Shown: piece by piece, positions 52,043 to 64,000 of the stretch
Layout: each line of letters begins with the position of its first letter
Numbering within the stretch: position 1 is the stretch's first letter
Assembly: GCA_032718475.1 (NCBI GenBank)
Contig: JAUCBJ010006695.1
Span: 124,001-188,000, forward strand
Source of the DNA: Nemertoderma westbladi
Taxonomy: Eukaryota; Animalia; Xenacoelomorpha
Direction of reading: 5' to 3'
DNA length: 64,000 bases
Notes under the pieces: generated by a model
Database searches by the model: none
The model's input: only the letters and a program-made list of their open reading frames with translations
Told to the model about the DNA's origin: nothing
Program-made: the position numbers and the translations under genes

Positions 52043-52320
52043 TCCACCTTGGTGTAGTGGTTGCATTGAATTCACATCTCCTGTAGGTTGTGCGTTCGAT
52101 CCTCACATGGGCCAGGGCAGTTTTCGTTTCGGCACGAATGCTTTAAAGGGACCAGCCAGGGCCTGCCTTGCATCCTTAAGTGGTAGCTAAATGAGTACTG
52201 GAGTTTCCTCTGGGGAGTAAAGTTCTGAGGGGACCGCACTGGAAATAAGTCGTCAGACTTTGTGCGTAATCCCTGGCCTAGTGGCCGAAGAAAATTTACT
52301 TTACTTTTTAGTTTTACTTA
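52043..52320 (+). mobile_element. tRNA-derived SINE
   Basis: A-box TGGTGTAGTGG and B-box GTTCGATCC. Central GCCTTGCATCC...TAAATGAGTAC motif shared with the 12688 SINE. TTTAC-repeat tail. Confidence 0.7.
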
Positions 52321-52521
52321 ACCGTTACTTTGGGGACCGTTGTATGAAACACTTTTATATATACCGCTTATTTTATGAAATTAACTTTTAAATTTCAATG
52401 TCATTTATCTTTGTTTTGGCTTTTTAATTTTTGTATGCAATAGGTTTTATAGTGTAGTAAGAGTAAAGTAACAGTAAAATAAATTCATTTACAGCCAATT
52501 ATAAGATAATTATTATTAAAA

Positions 52522-52864
52522 GATCGTATCATGATGGAATCAGAGTCTACCACCATTATATCGAGTATAAGGAACAATATGCATTCTTTTTCAGTTTCTA
52601 GTTGCCATGGCAACCAGTAACCTTGGCTAAAAACAAGATACATATTAGGCGCAGCGTTTTTAAATCAACCTCTACCCCCACTATATCGAGTATAAGGAAA
52701 AATATGCAATATATATATTTTACTTTCTAGAAGCCATGGCAACGCGTCAGAATTGTTAATAAAGTGTCTTTAATGCCATGGCAACTAGAAACTGAAAAAG
52801 AATGCATATTGTTCCTTATATGTGATATAATGGTGGTAGACTCTGATTCCATCATGATACGATC
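52522..52864. repeat. ~90-bp inverted repeat within a CCATGGCAAC-rich non-autonomous DNA element
   Basis: 52522-52611 versus 52774-52864 are near-perfect reverse complements. Confidence 0.75.
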
Positions 52865-53881
52865 ACTGAATACGCATTACAAAGCCCGTTACTATGGACA
52901 TTGTCAATATTGCTATCTTTGAAGGTCGTTTTCGCATGGTTGCTATGGTATTTTCAAAAAAACGAAATATGCCATTAATTTCTTCATATCCAAAATATTA
53001 ATCTGCTATAAATTTTAAATTGTCATATTTACTATAAGAGCTGTTGCTATGGCAATTTTCTCCGTTGCTATGTTTAAGACCCCCTAATTAACGAGCGCAA
53101 CCATTTGGTGAAGTCTACCCAAATTTTTTTAAATGTCCTAAGCATGCACTAAACATCTATGTAGGGTAGCCGAGTCATATATAAAATTCCTACGGGGCCA
53201 TAGGCTGGAGCCTGTACTATTATGAACTATGGGGAATACCATAATGAAATACAAATACGTGTACTAAGTTTCCATGACAACCAAATTAATCTAAACTTAA
53301 ACCAAATCTAAGTAAGGATACTGGCTTTCAGAAGATACCTTGAAATCGTATTTTCGTCCGCATTTCAGCGAGTTATTAAAAATTAAATTGTATCAAATTT
53401 TGCGGGACACCCTGTCCACAAAGTTACCCACGCAATATTTTCATTAATGGAATTTCCCATCAGCGGTAATGTAAATGTGTTATTTAAGTTACCGGTAATT
53501 AAGTGGCTGTTTTGACGCTATCTACCTAACTTAATTAAACATAGAACAGTTAATTAATTAGGTTGATTAGTTTAACATGTGGCTGTTAGTTGTCTCATTG
53601 TTCTCTATTTGTTATTCTGATTCAGAACAAACTTTGAACCGGAATTTGTCCCACCAAGGTAAACCAATTTTCTATCATAAAATACACTAATAATGATATG
53701 AGAGCAACATAAAAAAATTTTTTTTTTGTTTTAAATGTAATTCATAATATAATAATTATAATGTGTATTTAAAATAATTGAATATTATGTAATTTACCCC
53801 TATGTTAATTTATCGGAGTACCTCTGGAATATAGCTTACTGGTACCTGTCAGCCTGTAGACCAGGTTATAGAGGGGTGTAA

Positions 53882-54025
53882 ACGCTGTGCCGACAGTGTC
53901 GGCATAACGTTGTGCCGACAGTATCGGCGTTACGTTGTGCCGGCAGTGTCGGCGTTACGTTGTGCCGACAGTATCGGCGTAACGTTGTGCCGACAGTGTC
54001 GGCGTTACATTTTGCCGTCAGTGTG
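53882..54025. repeat. 25-bp tandem repeat with GCCGACA-G-TGTCGGC palindrome
   Basis: About 5-6 copies of ACGTTGTGCCGACAGTGTCGGCGTT. Confidence 0.85.
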
Positions 54026-54469
54026 CCTGGCTAAAATCTAAATAGGAGACTGTTGTATAAGTGATAAGACTGTAGGGTAAATGATTTTTATAACCGCTGA
54101 CTGTGAACGACCCAACAAGTAGTTGTGCGGTACACCGCGCGGTTTACCGCAGCCTATTGAAAAAATGTTAAAAAAATTAATGTAAATTCCTGTTGAATTC
54201 GCATTCGGCAGATAGACAATAATTTACCGCAACGGTACCGCAGGGTGTGAGCGGGCTCCGGGTAGTGTACTGCTGGTGTGTACTTCAATACCGCTAGACC
54301 ATTATGTACAAAGGTACTTTAAAACTGATAGCTCTACTGGTGTTAATAATGTGCCTCTGAGGTCTTTAAGATAAGATAATGCCTTCAACTCATCCACCCT
54401 ATCCTTGTAGACTAAGTAGGCTGACACCGTTTCCAAATAAGGTAATTATCCTGTACTGTGTCATAGTGT

Positions 54470-55280
54470 GAAATTAGTCCTATCTCAATTGCTGCAAAAT
54501 ATTGTAAAAAGACTCTTGTGTGGGAATCAGAATGGGTTTCGTAAAGGTAGAGTTACCTTTAAGCCCATTCTTGCATTTATAAAGATTATTGAAGGCGTAT
54601 CCCAAAGAAATACAGGCGTTTGGCTGTCATCTATGTGGATTTCTTCAAGGCCTTTGATTCTGTGTCATGCCCAAATGTAGCATGATCCAAAATCCATCAG
54701 GCATATGGGATTACCAATTATATCATCAATGGAATCAGAACCGTTTTTGACGGTTACATGACCTTTGTCTCTACAACAGATGGAGATACAGTCCCATTTG
54801 AGGTTCTCTGGGATGCCCTGCAAGGAATATATATATTAGCATCTTTATTCTTGTGGTGGACTATGTGCCGTGATCATCTCTCGATATTCACATTGCAGAT
54901 GGGGTGGAAATATCTCCTCCATTAGGTAGCTATATAGAACAATTTATAGAACAATTTATAGCCAAGCAGAACATCTAACCGATCTTGATTTTGCTGATGA
55001 TCTTGGTTTAATGTGAGATACATTAGAGGGATCAAGTTCCCACAGGAATCATATGGACTCAGGCCAGCAGAAAGTTGATAATTATATCATTCAATCGCTG
55101 AATGGTCTCAGGTCTGTAGAATGAGTTCTGCTACCTTGGATCATGGGCTCGAAGTCTGGTGAAGAACCCCGCATTCGCAAACGAAAAGCCTGCTCTACCA
55201 ATTACCAGCTATCCGGAACCTGGAGGTGCTGTGATATGTAATGCTCTTTAAGGGTACTCCTTTTCTGTGTAGCAATGCAG
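54470..55280 (+). pseudogene. Decayed LINE reverse transcriptase
   Basis: QNGFRKGR, VDFFKAFDSV and DLDFADDL motifs across frames. Confidence 0.75.
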
Positions 55281-55827
55281 CCTTTGCTGCTTCATGTAAC
55301 AGCGAAATGGAACTGTAACCTGTGCTAATGACATTCTTGTATTGTTTTGTTAGAATATTGTGCCACTGGAACCTTCTCCTTTGCCATAATATTAATAATT
55401 GATAAATCGATTAAAAATTGATAAAAATTCAATGAGATGGGATTTGCGACAAGTTTCCTTCCCCCCTGTCTCGAATTATGATAGATTCCCCAAAGTGCAT
55501 ATTAAGTTAGCATAATTGTATGAGAAGTGTTCGAGTGCAGCCTACTAAACAGCTTTGAAGCCTCTTCTCATCTTTACTTGCAAGACATTAGCAGGGGGGG
55601 GGGGGGGGGGGGTTGACGTGTAGCAGTTCAGAATACTACTGAGTTGAAATTAACAAACCCAAAGAGAATAATAAATTTGTCACTGTATCTCATAATCAAA
55701 AAGACAAAAATTATATAGTATATTGTACCAAATTTCTTTCAAATATAGATTTATATATATCGTTTGATTGACTAATCCTGTATAGTTATTTCATATATGT
55801 CGTTCATGGAATAGTATATACAGTAGA

Positions 55828-57300
55828 ATGGATATTATCGCCATTTTAATATTCTTTATTGCCTCGATTTCAAGCTATATATGTTATTATCATTTTACTA
55901 AAAACACCTTAGGAAACCCCAGACCCCCATCACCAAGTGGTGTGCCAATCCTGGGCAATTTAATCAGTGCATGGAGGTCCAAACATTCACTGGTTATGAC
56001 TTATTGGAAGTGGAGTAAAGAATTATCCTCCAATGTTATTCGGGTGCGTGTCCCAGGCCAAAATATAATAGTACTGAATTCCCTACCTGTGATTCGACAA
56101 GCGTATATCGAACAAAGCAATCTGTTCTCTGGGCGCACAAGTCTCATCACTAAAAGAGGAATTATAATGTCCACGGGACCTATATGGTACCATCAAAGGA
56201 AGTTATTCATGTCAGTGATGCGGCATTTCTATCTTGGGAAAATATCATTTGAGCAACGTGTTGCGGAAGAAGCGACCTACCTATGCCGCTGGATGGAGGA
56301 TGAAGAAGGTTCTCCCTTTGACCCCTTTGTGATGTTCAGCAAATCAGTTTCTAATATTATCAGTGGAATTGTATTTGGAAATCGTTTCGAATATGATGAT
56401 CCTGAGTTTATATATCTCCTACATCTGGTACACCGATCTGTTCGTATTTTCGTATTGCTCTATGCCCTTCCAAAGTTCATTGTTGATGCCTTCGTTGGTG
56501 ACAATTCCAATCCCCACAAACTGTTTGCAAACATGGCTCAAGTTTGTCAGAAACATATAGTTCATCATCGGGAGACCATCGATTATTCCTCCACTCCCAG
56601 GGATTACATAGATGCGCATCTCATGGAAGAGAAGAAGTATTTAGATTCTCTAGATACCAAAACCGCTGACTACTACAATGATTTGAATCTTTCCGAATCA
56701 ATTAGAGACCTCTTCCTTGCAGGCAGTGAGACCACAAGTAGCGCACTCTACTGGTTCATACTAATTCTAGCCACTCATCCTGATGTTCAGAGTAAATGTC
56801 AAAGTCTCCTAGATTCCGAGGTTGGCAGAGACCGACTACCAAATCTCACCGACCTTTCCAAGATACCATATTACGAAGCTTGTTTGCTGGAGGTTCTTCG
56901 ATATAGCGTAATCTTGCCATTGGATATCAGTCGTAAAGTCCCACGTGACGTAACTATCGATTCTTTTACTATCCTGCCTACTGATGCGGTCGTGATAAAT
57001 ATTTGGGCCCTGCTGAGAGACCCTGCTGTCTGGGCCAGGCCTACAGAATTTTACCCAGAACATTTCCTGACAGCAGATGGGTCGGCGGTGATCAAACCCG
57101 ATCATTTCCTTCCATTTGGAGTTGGGGCGAGGTCTTGTGCTGGTCAGCGATTGGCTACCATGGAGTTTCGGATATTTAGCAGCCATTTGATCCACTCGTT
57201 CACTTTTGTGGGGGAGGGAGAAATGCAGTTGGGGGAAGTCGAACACGGTGGAACACGAATTCCTAAATCATATAAAATTCGTGCTATTTCAAGGTTCTAA
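55828..57300 (+). CDS. Cytochrome P450, clan 2-like, paralogue of 37251-38723 (490 aa)
   Basis: Same motifs as the first copy. About 30 amino-acid differences by eye. Confidence 0.95.
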   Translation: MDIIAILIFFIASISSYICYYHFTKNTLGNPRPPSPSGVPILGNLISAWRSKHSLVMTYWKWSKELSSNVIRVRVPGQNIIVLNSLPVIRQAYIEQSNLFSGRTSLITKRGIIMSTGPIWYHQRKLFMSVMRHFYLGKISFEQRVAEEATYLCRWMEDEEGSPFDPFVMFSKSVSNIISGIVFGNRFEYDDPEFIYLLHLVHRSVRIFVLLYALPKFIVDAFVGDNSNPHKLFANMAQVCQKHIVHHRETIDYSSTPRDYIDAHLMEEKKYLDSLDTKTADYYNDLNLSESIRDLFLAGSETTSSALYWFILILATHPDVQSKCQSLLDSEVGRDRLPNLTDLSKIPYYEACLLEVLRYSVILPLDISRKVPRDVTIDSFTILPTDAVVINIWALLRDPAVWARPTEFYPEHFLTADGSAVIKPDHFLPFGVGARSCAGQRLATMEFRIFSSHLIHSFTFVGEGEMQLGEVEHGGTRIPKSYKIRAISRF

Positions 57301-59172
57301 TATATTTTACTTTTAATAATTATATAACACTTTACGCTATTAGAATCATAAAACATCCCATTTCAAAAACATTAATTGTAATCAGTAATAAGTAGCTCCA
57401 TAAAGTAAATTGAATTTTATATTAGGCCTATACTCGAATTGCTAGAAAGGAATTGTTCTCATTTGTTCTCACCTGCTTTTCTAACGTAAATGAAAATAAC
57501 TTTAATTAAATATACATATACATATAATATGTGATATTATGATCTCAAATATCAATAATATATTTCGAGCATTTATTTCAAATTTTTTTGATGCACGCGT
57601 CAACTTCGTATTGAAATCTTATATTTATTCTTTGAGAACTATTCAACATTTACGTGTGTGGTTTTTCATACATAACTGTTCGTCGTCATGTACAATCTGT
57701 ATTCTACACCATTATTAACATTGTTTACAACATTGCCTAGCATCAACTTGCGTTGTACCAGAATCTTATTGGCTGTTATCCTCTTATTTTAGCTCTCACC
57801 TCCTCATTGGTTACACTCGTTTGATTATACATTATAATAAGTGCTGTGTCTTTATGTGATAACCTAAGCCCAACTAACTATAACATCTGAGGCAATTAAA
57901 TGTTTAGGTTCGTATTAGTCAATATGGATCTGTAAATTTTCACCGTGTTCATACATTTTCACCGTGTTGCGCATATATTCACACATAAGTGAGCACTCCT
58001 ACCGTGTGGTAGGTATCCCAAGGCAAAGATAGTGTTCACAGACTAAAACATATCGAACCTAATTTAAGCAGATGCATAAGTTACGGCTTGGGGACAATTG
58101 TTTGTTTATTGTCAGCCCATCTGTAAAAGCCTTGACTAATTTCGAAAGTGATCGACTAAACCGCTAATTTAAATTATTAATATATTAATATAAAGTCGAA
58201 TCTTCAATGCGTTGCATTGTGAGCACATCTGAAATGGAGACTCTCCTCCAATATTTTTGAATGCTTGAAACTGGTACATCAATCATCTGCTGGTCAGAAT
58301 CAATATTCACTCTCAGAATATCGTTAAAGCTTTGTAAATAATTAATTTCATCCCAAAAATAGCCATCCTCATTGGGAGTGTAGGGAGTGTATCACATTCT
58401 AATGTGATACACTCCCTTAATAGTTTATTCTAATCATTTAATTTTTGTAATTGTATTACATACATATATTATATATAATAGATAATAATATATCGCAATT
58501 ACAATATTATATATCAATACCGGTACTATTGATAAACAACCGCGACCTCTATACTAACAGCAGAACTGTTGAACAGACCAATACTATCAATAAGTATATT
58601 TTGTGATTCAGTGTCGGTCTGCTACAGTAACTACCCCATGTACCCTATATATTTATTATACCTTTTTTTTTACATTTTTCTTTCTTTATTGTGGGACGAG
58701 CCACGAAAGTAAGCGAGCTTAGCATACAGGTACCCCTAACTCAATTGGTGTGTCTGTTATTTGCTCTGTCCTTCTGTCGTGTTCAATTTTAAACGTTAAT
58801 AACTCAGTCAAATATCGATGAAATCTATCCAAACTTGGTACACTGTACACATGTATAGTCTGGCAAAAGTTTAGAAATTTTCCAAGTTGAATTTGCGTGG
58901 GGTCTTCGTGTACCACCTGCTGTGTAACTGTCATGCAATTATAATAAATTAATCTATCCAAAATTATAAGCCTGTCGCTAGGAGACTGCAGGATATACAC
59001 CGTACTGCTGTTGCTGTAGGTGGTAGGCCTAACAGTCTAGGCTGGTTGTCAGGGTGGTACTGCTGTACTGCAGTATTAGCGACTATTCAGCCAGTAGACA
59101 TATCATGTACGGTACCGTAATCTTATTAAACAGATGTTTAGCAGTACCGGTACTGGTGCAGGGGTACCGTAA

Positions 59173-59316
59173 CCGCAACCGTACCTGTACTGCTGTCCGC
59201 AACCGTACCTGTACTGCTGTCCGCAACCGTACCTGTACTGCTGTCCGCAACCGTACCTGTACTGCTGTCCGCAACCGTACCTGTACTGCTGTCCGCAACC
59301 GTACCTGTACTGCTGT
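59173..59316. repeat. 24-bp minisatellite
   Basis: CCGCAACCGTACCTGTACTGCTGT x6. Confidence 0.9.
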
Positions 59317-62300
59317 AGGTTACTGGTGCCGTCTTCAGGTCGTTAGCGCCACCCACCCATCGGCTCGGCAGCAGCAACCATGGAAGTTTTGATATTATGC
59401 GGACTTACAGACTTAACAGCTTAAGGAATGGTGCAAGTGGAAATGAAACGGACTGACAGATTCTCAGGTTGTACCAGCTGACCTTTATTCCATGTTCCGG
59501 TACCCACTATGCACTAACTGCACTCACTTCCTATCACAGCAACGTGTTGGAATTGTACTTTAAACAACTCGCCATCAAGGCCACCACCTCTGTCTGTCGC
59601 AGTGTCGTTGGCGACCTGGGCTTTTGGTGTATCGCTACTGCGCTAGCGCTACAGGTAAACTGGACAACCGAGGAGCTACAGTAGGACTGGAGAATGCATG
59701 AAACTTTTTGAGAGTAGTTTGGCTGTGAACTTCTATGACATCGATGCCAAGCTGCCAATGCGAAAGTTTTTTAAAGTAATTCACTGCCATCACCCGGTGT
59801 CCGCCACGGCCGCACGTTTGCCTTGACACGTTTGCCTTGACATGTTGCCCTTGAGGCCTTGACACTGCTCCGTGCTTCCGGCTCGGCTGCTCGGGTGCAA
59901 CAGCTGCACAGCCACACATTAACTCACGCTCATGTTTATTTTCACCCAAACTGCCAAATCCCTGCGGCGTATTCTGTCGAAGGGCGTTGAACTGCACCCG
60001 TAACGGTAGGCTGATGCCGGTACAGTACACAGAATCTATTCGAAGCAAGTGAAAGTCTTAAGTGAAGTGAGATCGGATGGATCATTCTATAGTTAAGTTA
60101 TAGTGTTAGTGTCCAGCCAGCCAGTAGTGGTGTCTGCCTGTCACAGTGTCACCCACGTGGTAATAAAGACTTTGGTACATATTGACTGATATGATAGGGA
60201 GAAGGACAGGTGGGGAGGGGGGGGGGGGACTTTCGATGCAATAAAAAGTCATCCCTATCCAGGGGAAATCAATGCCAAACAGCTGATTACTATATTTGTT
60301 ATATTGACTTTAGTGGGGGCCCAAACCCTAATTAAGATTAGATCGATGTAATGTCATTGTATTGTTTTTTTTGTTATAGTATGTATACTATAGGTCGTTA
60401 ATAAATTAAAATATTTATTTATTTATTCTATTGTTGAATAAATATATTAGTTGAATAATAACTATATACGTCATTGTTTATAAAATAGCACTTTATTTAT
60501 AGCGTTACGGCACGAGTGATTTTGAATAAAATGAAATTTTGTATTAACCTCGCTACGCTCGGGTAATAAAATATTGAGTCTAGTGAAAATAATGTTCTAC
60601 ATTATTTACCATGAAATAAATAATTATAAAGTGCTAATTATGAACAATGGCGAATCTAATTTTATTTATTTGTGGGGAATTATTTGTAATTATGCCATGA
60701 AACATTCTAGAGCAACGTAATAATGACGCGGTGACATACTGGAGCAATAGGCTGCCACTGGAGAGCCAAAGGCTCGACAGAGTCTTATGAGGAATAAATA
60801 ATGCAGCCTTTTTAACGGAACATGAGAAACCAACATAAACACCAAAGTAAAACCTCATAAGATAGCATTATGGTGTACCCCCTGTCAAGTAGGCACTTTG
60901 CTTTGATCTTTTTTAGGTCGATTTTTAAAGGATTTTTCCAGAAGAACGGCGAAAGCTAGAACGATTCTGCTTGCGCGATCTGGTAGATGGCCCTAGCGCG
61001 ATAGCTGGGAGTTTTTGTGGAAAAAATCTGTTAATTAATTAATTAGTAATTAGCGATTAAAGATTTCTAATTGATTTTTCTCGAAAAGTATTTGGTTTTT
61101 CCCCTAGCAACGGTGTTTTTTTTTGTTCATCTCGGTAAGATCTAAAAAAAGTTCAGTCATCGCTATGGCCCACCTATTACTGTTAATTAGTACTAATTAG
61201 CCGAAAACTAATTAGCGTCGTAACTCGAAAACACTAAGAGCTATGAAAAAACGTAACATCACAAAGTTGTTCGGAATTTTATTCTACACAAAAAAGTCTT
61301 TGGCGCCGATGCGGTATCTCCTACCGTTAATTAGTAATTAACTAATTACTTAATTACCTAATTGGCGGGGGGGGGGGGCTTTGCCCCCCCGCCCCCCAAA
61401 TCCTTATTCACAAGGTGTACCAAAGCGGTTTACTATTTTACAAATGATAATTACTCTAAAATCTTTTGAATCGAACTAATTAACGATTTTACTAATTAGT
61501 AAAGTTTCCCAAATTAATTAATAATTTATCCAATCCGGCTGCATTATTAATACAGCTGATTCATCAGCCTGGTTTGATGAACTTGATGAAATCATAAAGT
61601 CAGTAGTTGCTGTATGCCATTACTGACTAAAACTATATACCAAACACCTCTTGCCGGTAGCTTCCTCCACAGTCTGTAGTGAGCACCGGTGCAGGTATGG
61701 TAGGCCTACATGTAGGGCATATATAGTGGAGGTTCTTTTGGCAGATAGGCCTAGTCAAAACGTTACATCAGATGCCGTATTTTAGTCAAAACGTACCCTA
61801 TCTTCATATAGTTGAGTATTGTGAATACAGGAATGTCCAAGTACTCCTGTACTTAGTATACCCATCTGCCCATGTACAGTAACTGGCTGACAGTTACCCT
61901 TAGTTTGTAGGCTATAGATGATTGACATTTCTAGCAATGTTCTTAACGTAGGCATTTTACTGGAAGTTATTAATACCATAGTTTACCCCAAAAAAACTAA
62001 AATTACCCAAATCGCACCAAATCAAAATAAATCTTATAACAGCAACACGGGCTATCTGACGATATGGATTAGATCAATGTAGCGGATAGTGACCATTGAA
62101 GGGCTTCTTATGCATGCAAAGGAAAATATGATCAGACCCAAATCACACAGTCAGACCTGATCTTTTGCTGATCAAATACCGGTAGGTGACTTTGCTGATA
62201 TGCAGTAACATTTTATGGTATAATTTGATGCGAAAATGTTTTGGCCAGTACTCTGAACCTTCCATTGGGGTCTCAGGTCACGCGCCTACCGTGGTCACTG

Positions 62301-64000
62301 TATCTGGCACCTGATTGGCTCAAATATTCAAACGCTGAAAACTTACCTAGGCCTTGACAATTAGTGATAAGATTTTATGCGAATATGTTTTGGATGGTGT
62401 TCTGGATCTCGCGTTGAGGTCCCAAGTCACCCCCATACCGTGGTCATCAGATACGGCGCCTGATTGGCTAATTCTTTGAACGACGATAACTCGAGTTTGC
62501 TTCACTTTGGGATGAAGTTTGAAAGCTAAGAATATTATCTGGAGTATGCCCTAACACACTGACGATGTTTTATAGCTGTTGGATTGTCGGGTTTTGCTAC
62601 GTGGTCTATGATTGGTTAATTTTTTGAAAGGCTATATCTCAAGAAGTATTCACTTTGGAATGATGAAGTTTATTTTTAAATGTTCTCTAGAGTGTTTCCG
62701 ATCCCACTAAAGACATCCAATTGCTGTATGACTACCGGTTTCACGCTTTTGATTGTTTGAATATGCATGAAAATTTTGCATATAATATATCAAGAAGAAT
62801 TAATTTTTGCACAAGGAAATAATACTTACAATGCTCTCTGACATGTCTGGTGTATTTTAAAATCACTGGGGTTGAACAATTGTAATTGGAATACACCTTC
62901 ATGAGTTTTCTTTGTGATTTTAGAGCTTTAAAGGTTCAATATTAAATTTTGTATTAAATAATTATTTTTGTGTTATTTGTTAATATGAGTATATTTCTGT
63001 ATTTGCTGGTATTATATTTTGGGTGTTTTCTTTTGTTATTAGTTTTGGTATTAATTATTTTTTATTAATCCAGGGAATATCCTTATTAACTCTGGGTCCT
63101 CACTCGTTAATTCAGGGACCACCCTCGATAGCTCTGGGTCCACCCTCCTTAATTGAAAACCACCTTTGTCAATTCAACAAATTTGAATAATTTTTTTTTA
63201 TTATAAGGTTTTCCAAGGTGCTGAATTAAAAGATTGAAAATGGTTTTAAATGGCCTGCTTTTATTGTAATTCCATTTCGTGTGATGTGTTTCGTGCCACA
63301 AATTTTTAAAGTATAAATAATATTCCCCCCCCCCCCCCCCCCAGCCCCACCAAAAAAAATGTTTCATTTAACATATATTTACAATAACTAATTGTTGTGG
63401 AATACTGTATATATTATTATTGATGACTACTGATTCGTATGCATGGTTGAAAATTTTGCACATAATTTCAAGAAGAATTCACTTTAGTGCAAATAATTAT
63501 AATTTATATAATGTTGTCTGGTATCTCTGGTGTGTTCCAAAAGACCTCCACTTCCACCACCTTATGGTTATATGTTACTTCCACAAATAATAATACACAA
63601 GTATTATAAATTGGGGAGGGGGGGGGGGGGGGTTATGCGCCTGTCGATTTATACGAATCGACAGGCGCAACAAAAGTATTTGGAATATTATGCCCATGTA
63701 TACTTATATATATGTAAGCCTTCAAGTATAAACAAAACGGGACCTTAACAAAATCAAGGTAGGCATTTGTTATTTTCCATCAGCAACATGGGTTTTAACT
63801 TTTAACTTTACATGGCATTAATAATACTGTAATATTCTAGAACAATACCACATGGCCAACGCCGTCGGCCATGCGCTCGCACGGCGCAAATGCTCCATTT
63901 GCGCTCTCCACCTGGATGTAAACTGGAAATACATAGTAAATGTATGGCATAGGGACATACTGAGAAATAATGTCGCACTGCGATGTAATGTTAGAAAATA

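Noticed and set aside
53882-54025. Hairpin-containing 25-bp repeat as a CRISPR or operator array
   Set aside because: No spacers. It is a simple minisatellite.
59460-60050. GC-richer stretch possibly derived from a SWIM-finger or transposase gene
   Set aside because: The resemblance is too weak and fragmented to support. It needs tBLASTx or HMM search.

Overview
AT-rich, repeat-dense eukaryotic (probably invertebrate animal) DNA. It is dominated by two young, related BEL/Pao LTR retrotransposons. Element A (15635-34333, minus strand) has 1281-bp LTRs and a CTATT target-site duplication (TSD). Element B (39081-50063, plus strand) has 1192-bp LTRs and an AATAT TSD. The only clear host genes are two single-exon clan-2-like cytochrome P450 paralogues. 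Three observations stand out. (1) Neither element has a TGG tRNA primer-binding site (PBS). The 11-12 nt abutting the 5' LTR are instead perfectly complementary to a conserved island inside the element's own LTR, with two compensatory base-pair changes between A and B. This is the signature of Tf1-type self-priming, here in a BEL/Pao element. (2) Element A carries a 1417-aa third ORF (DEDDy-type 3'-5' exonuclease plus CCHC knuckles) preceded by a conserved structured RNA. (3) The two elements decayed in complementary ways: A has a broken gag-pol but an intact ORF3, while B has an in-frame-deleted but open gag-PR ORF and a broken ORF3. Also present are a tRNA-head/hammerhead ribozyme mini-element, a second hammerhead-like motif, tRNA-derived SINEs, an IS3EU-like DNA transposon remnant, foldback elements, LINE fragments and minisatellites. 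All counts and alignments were made by eye.
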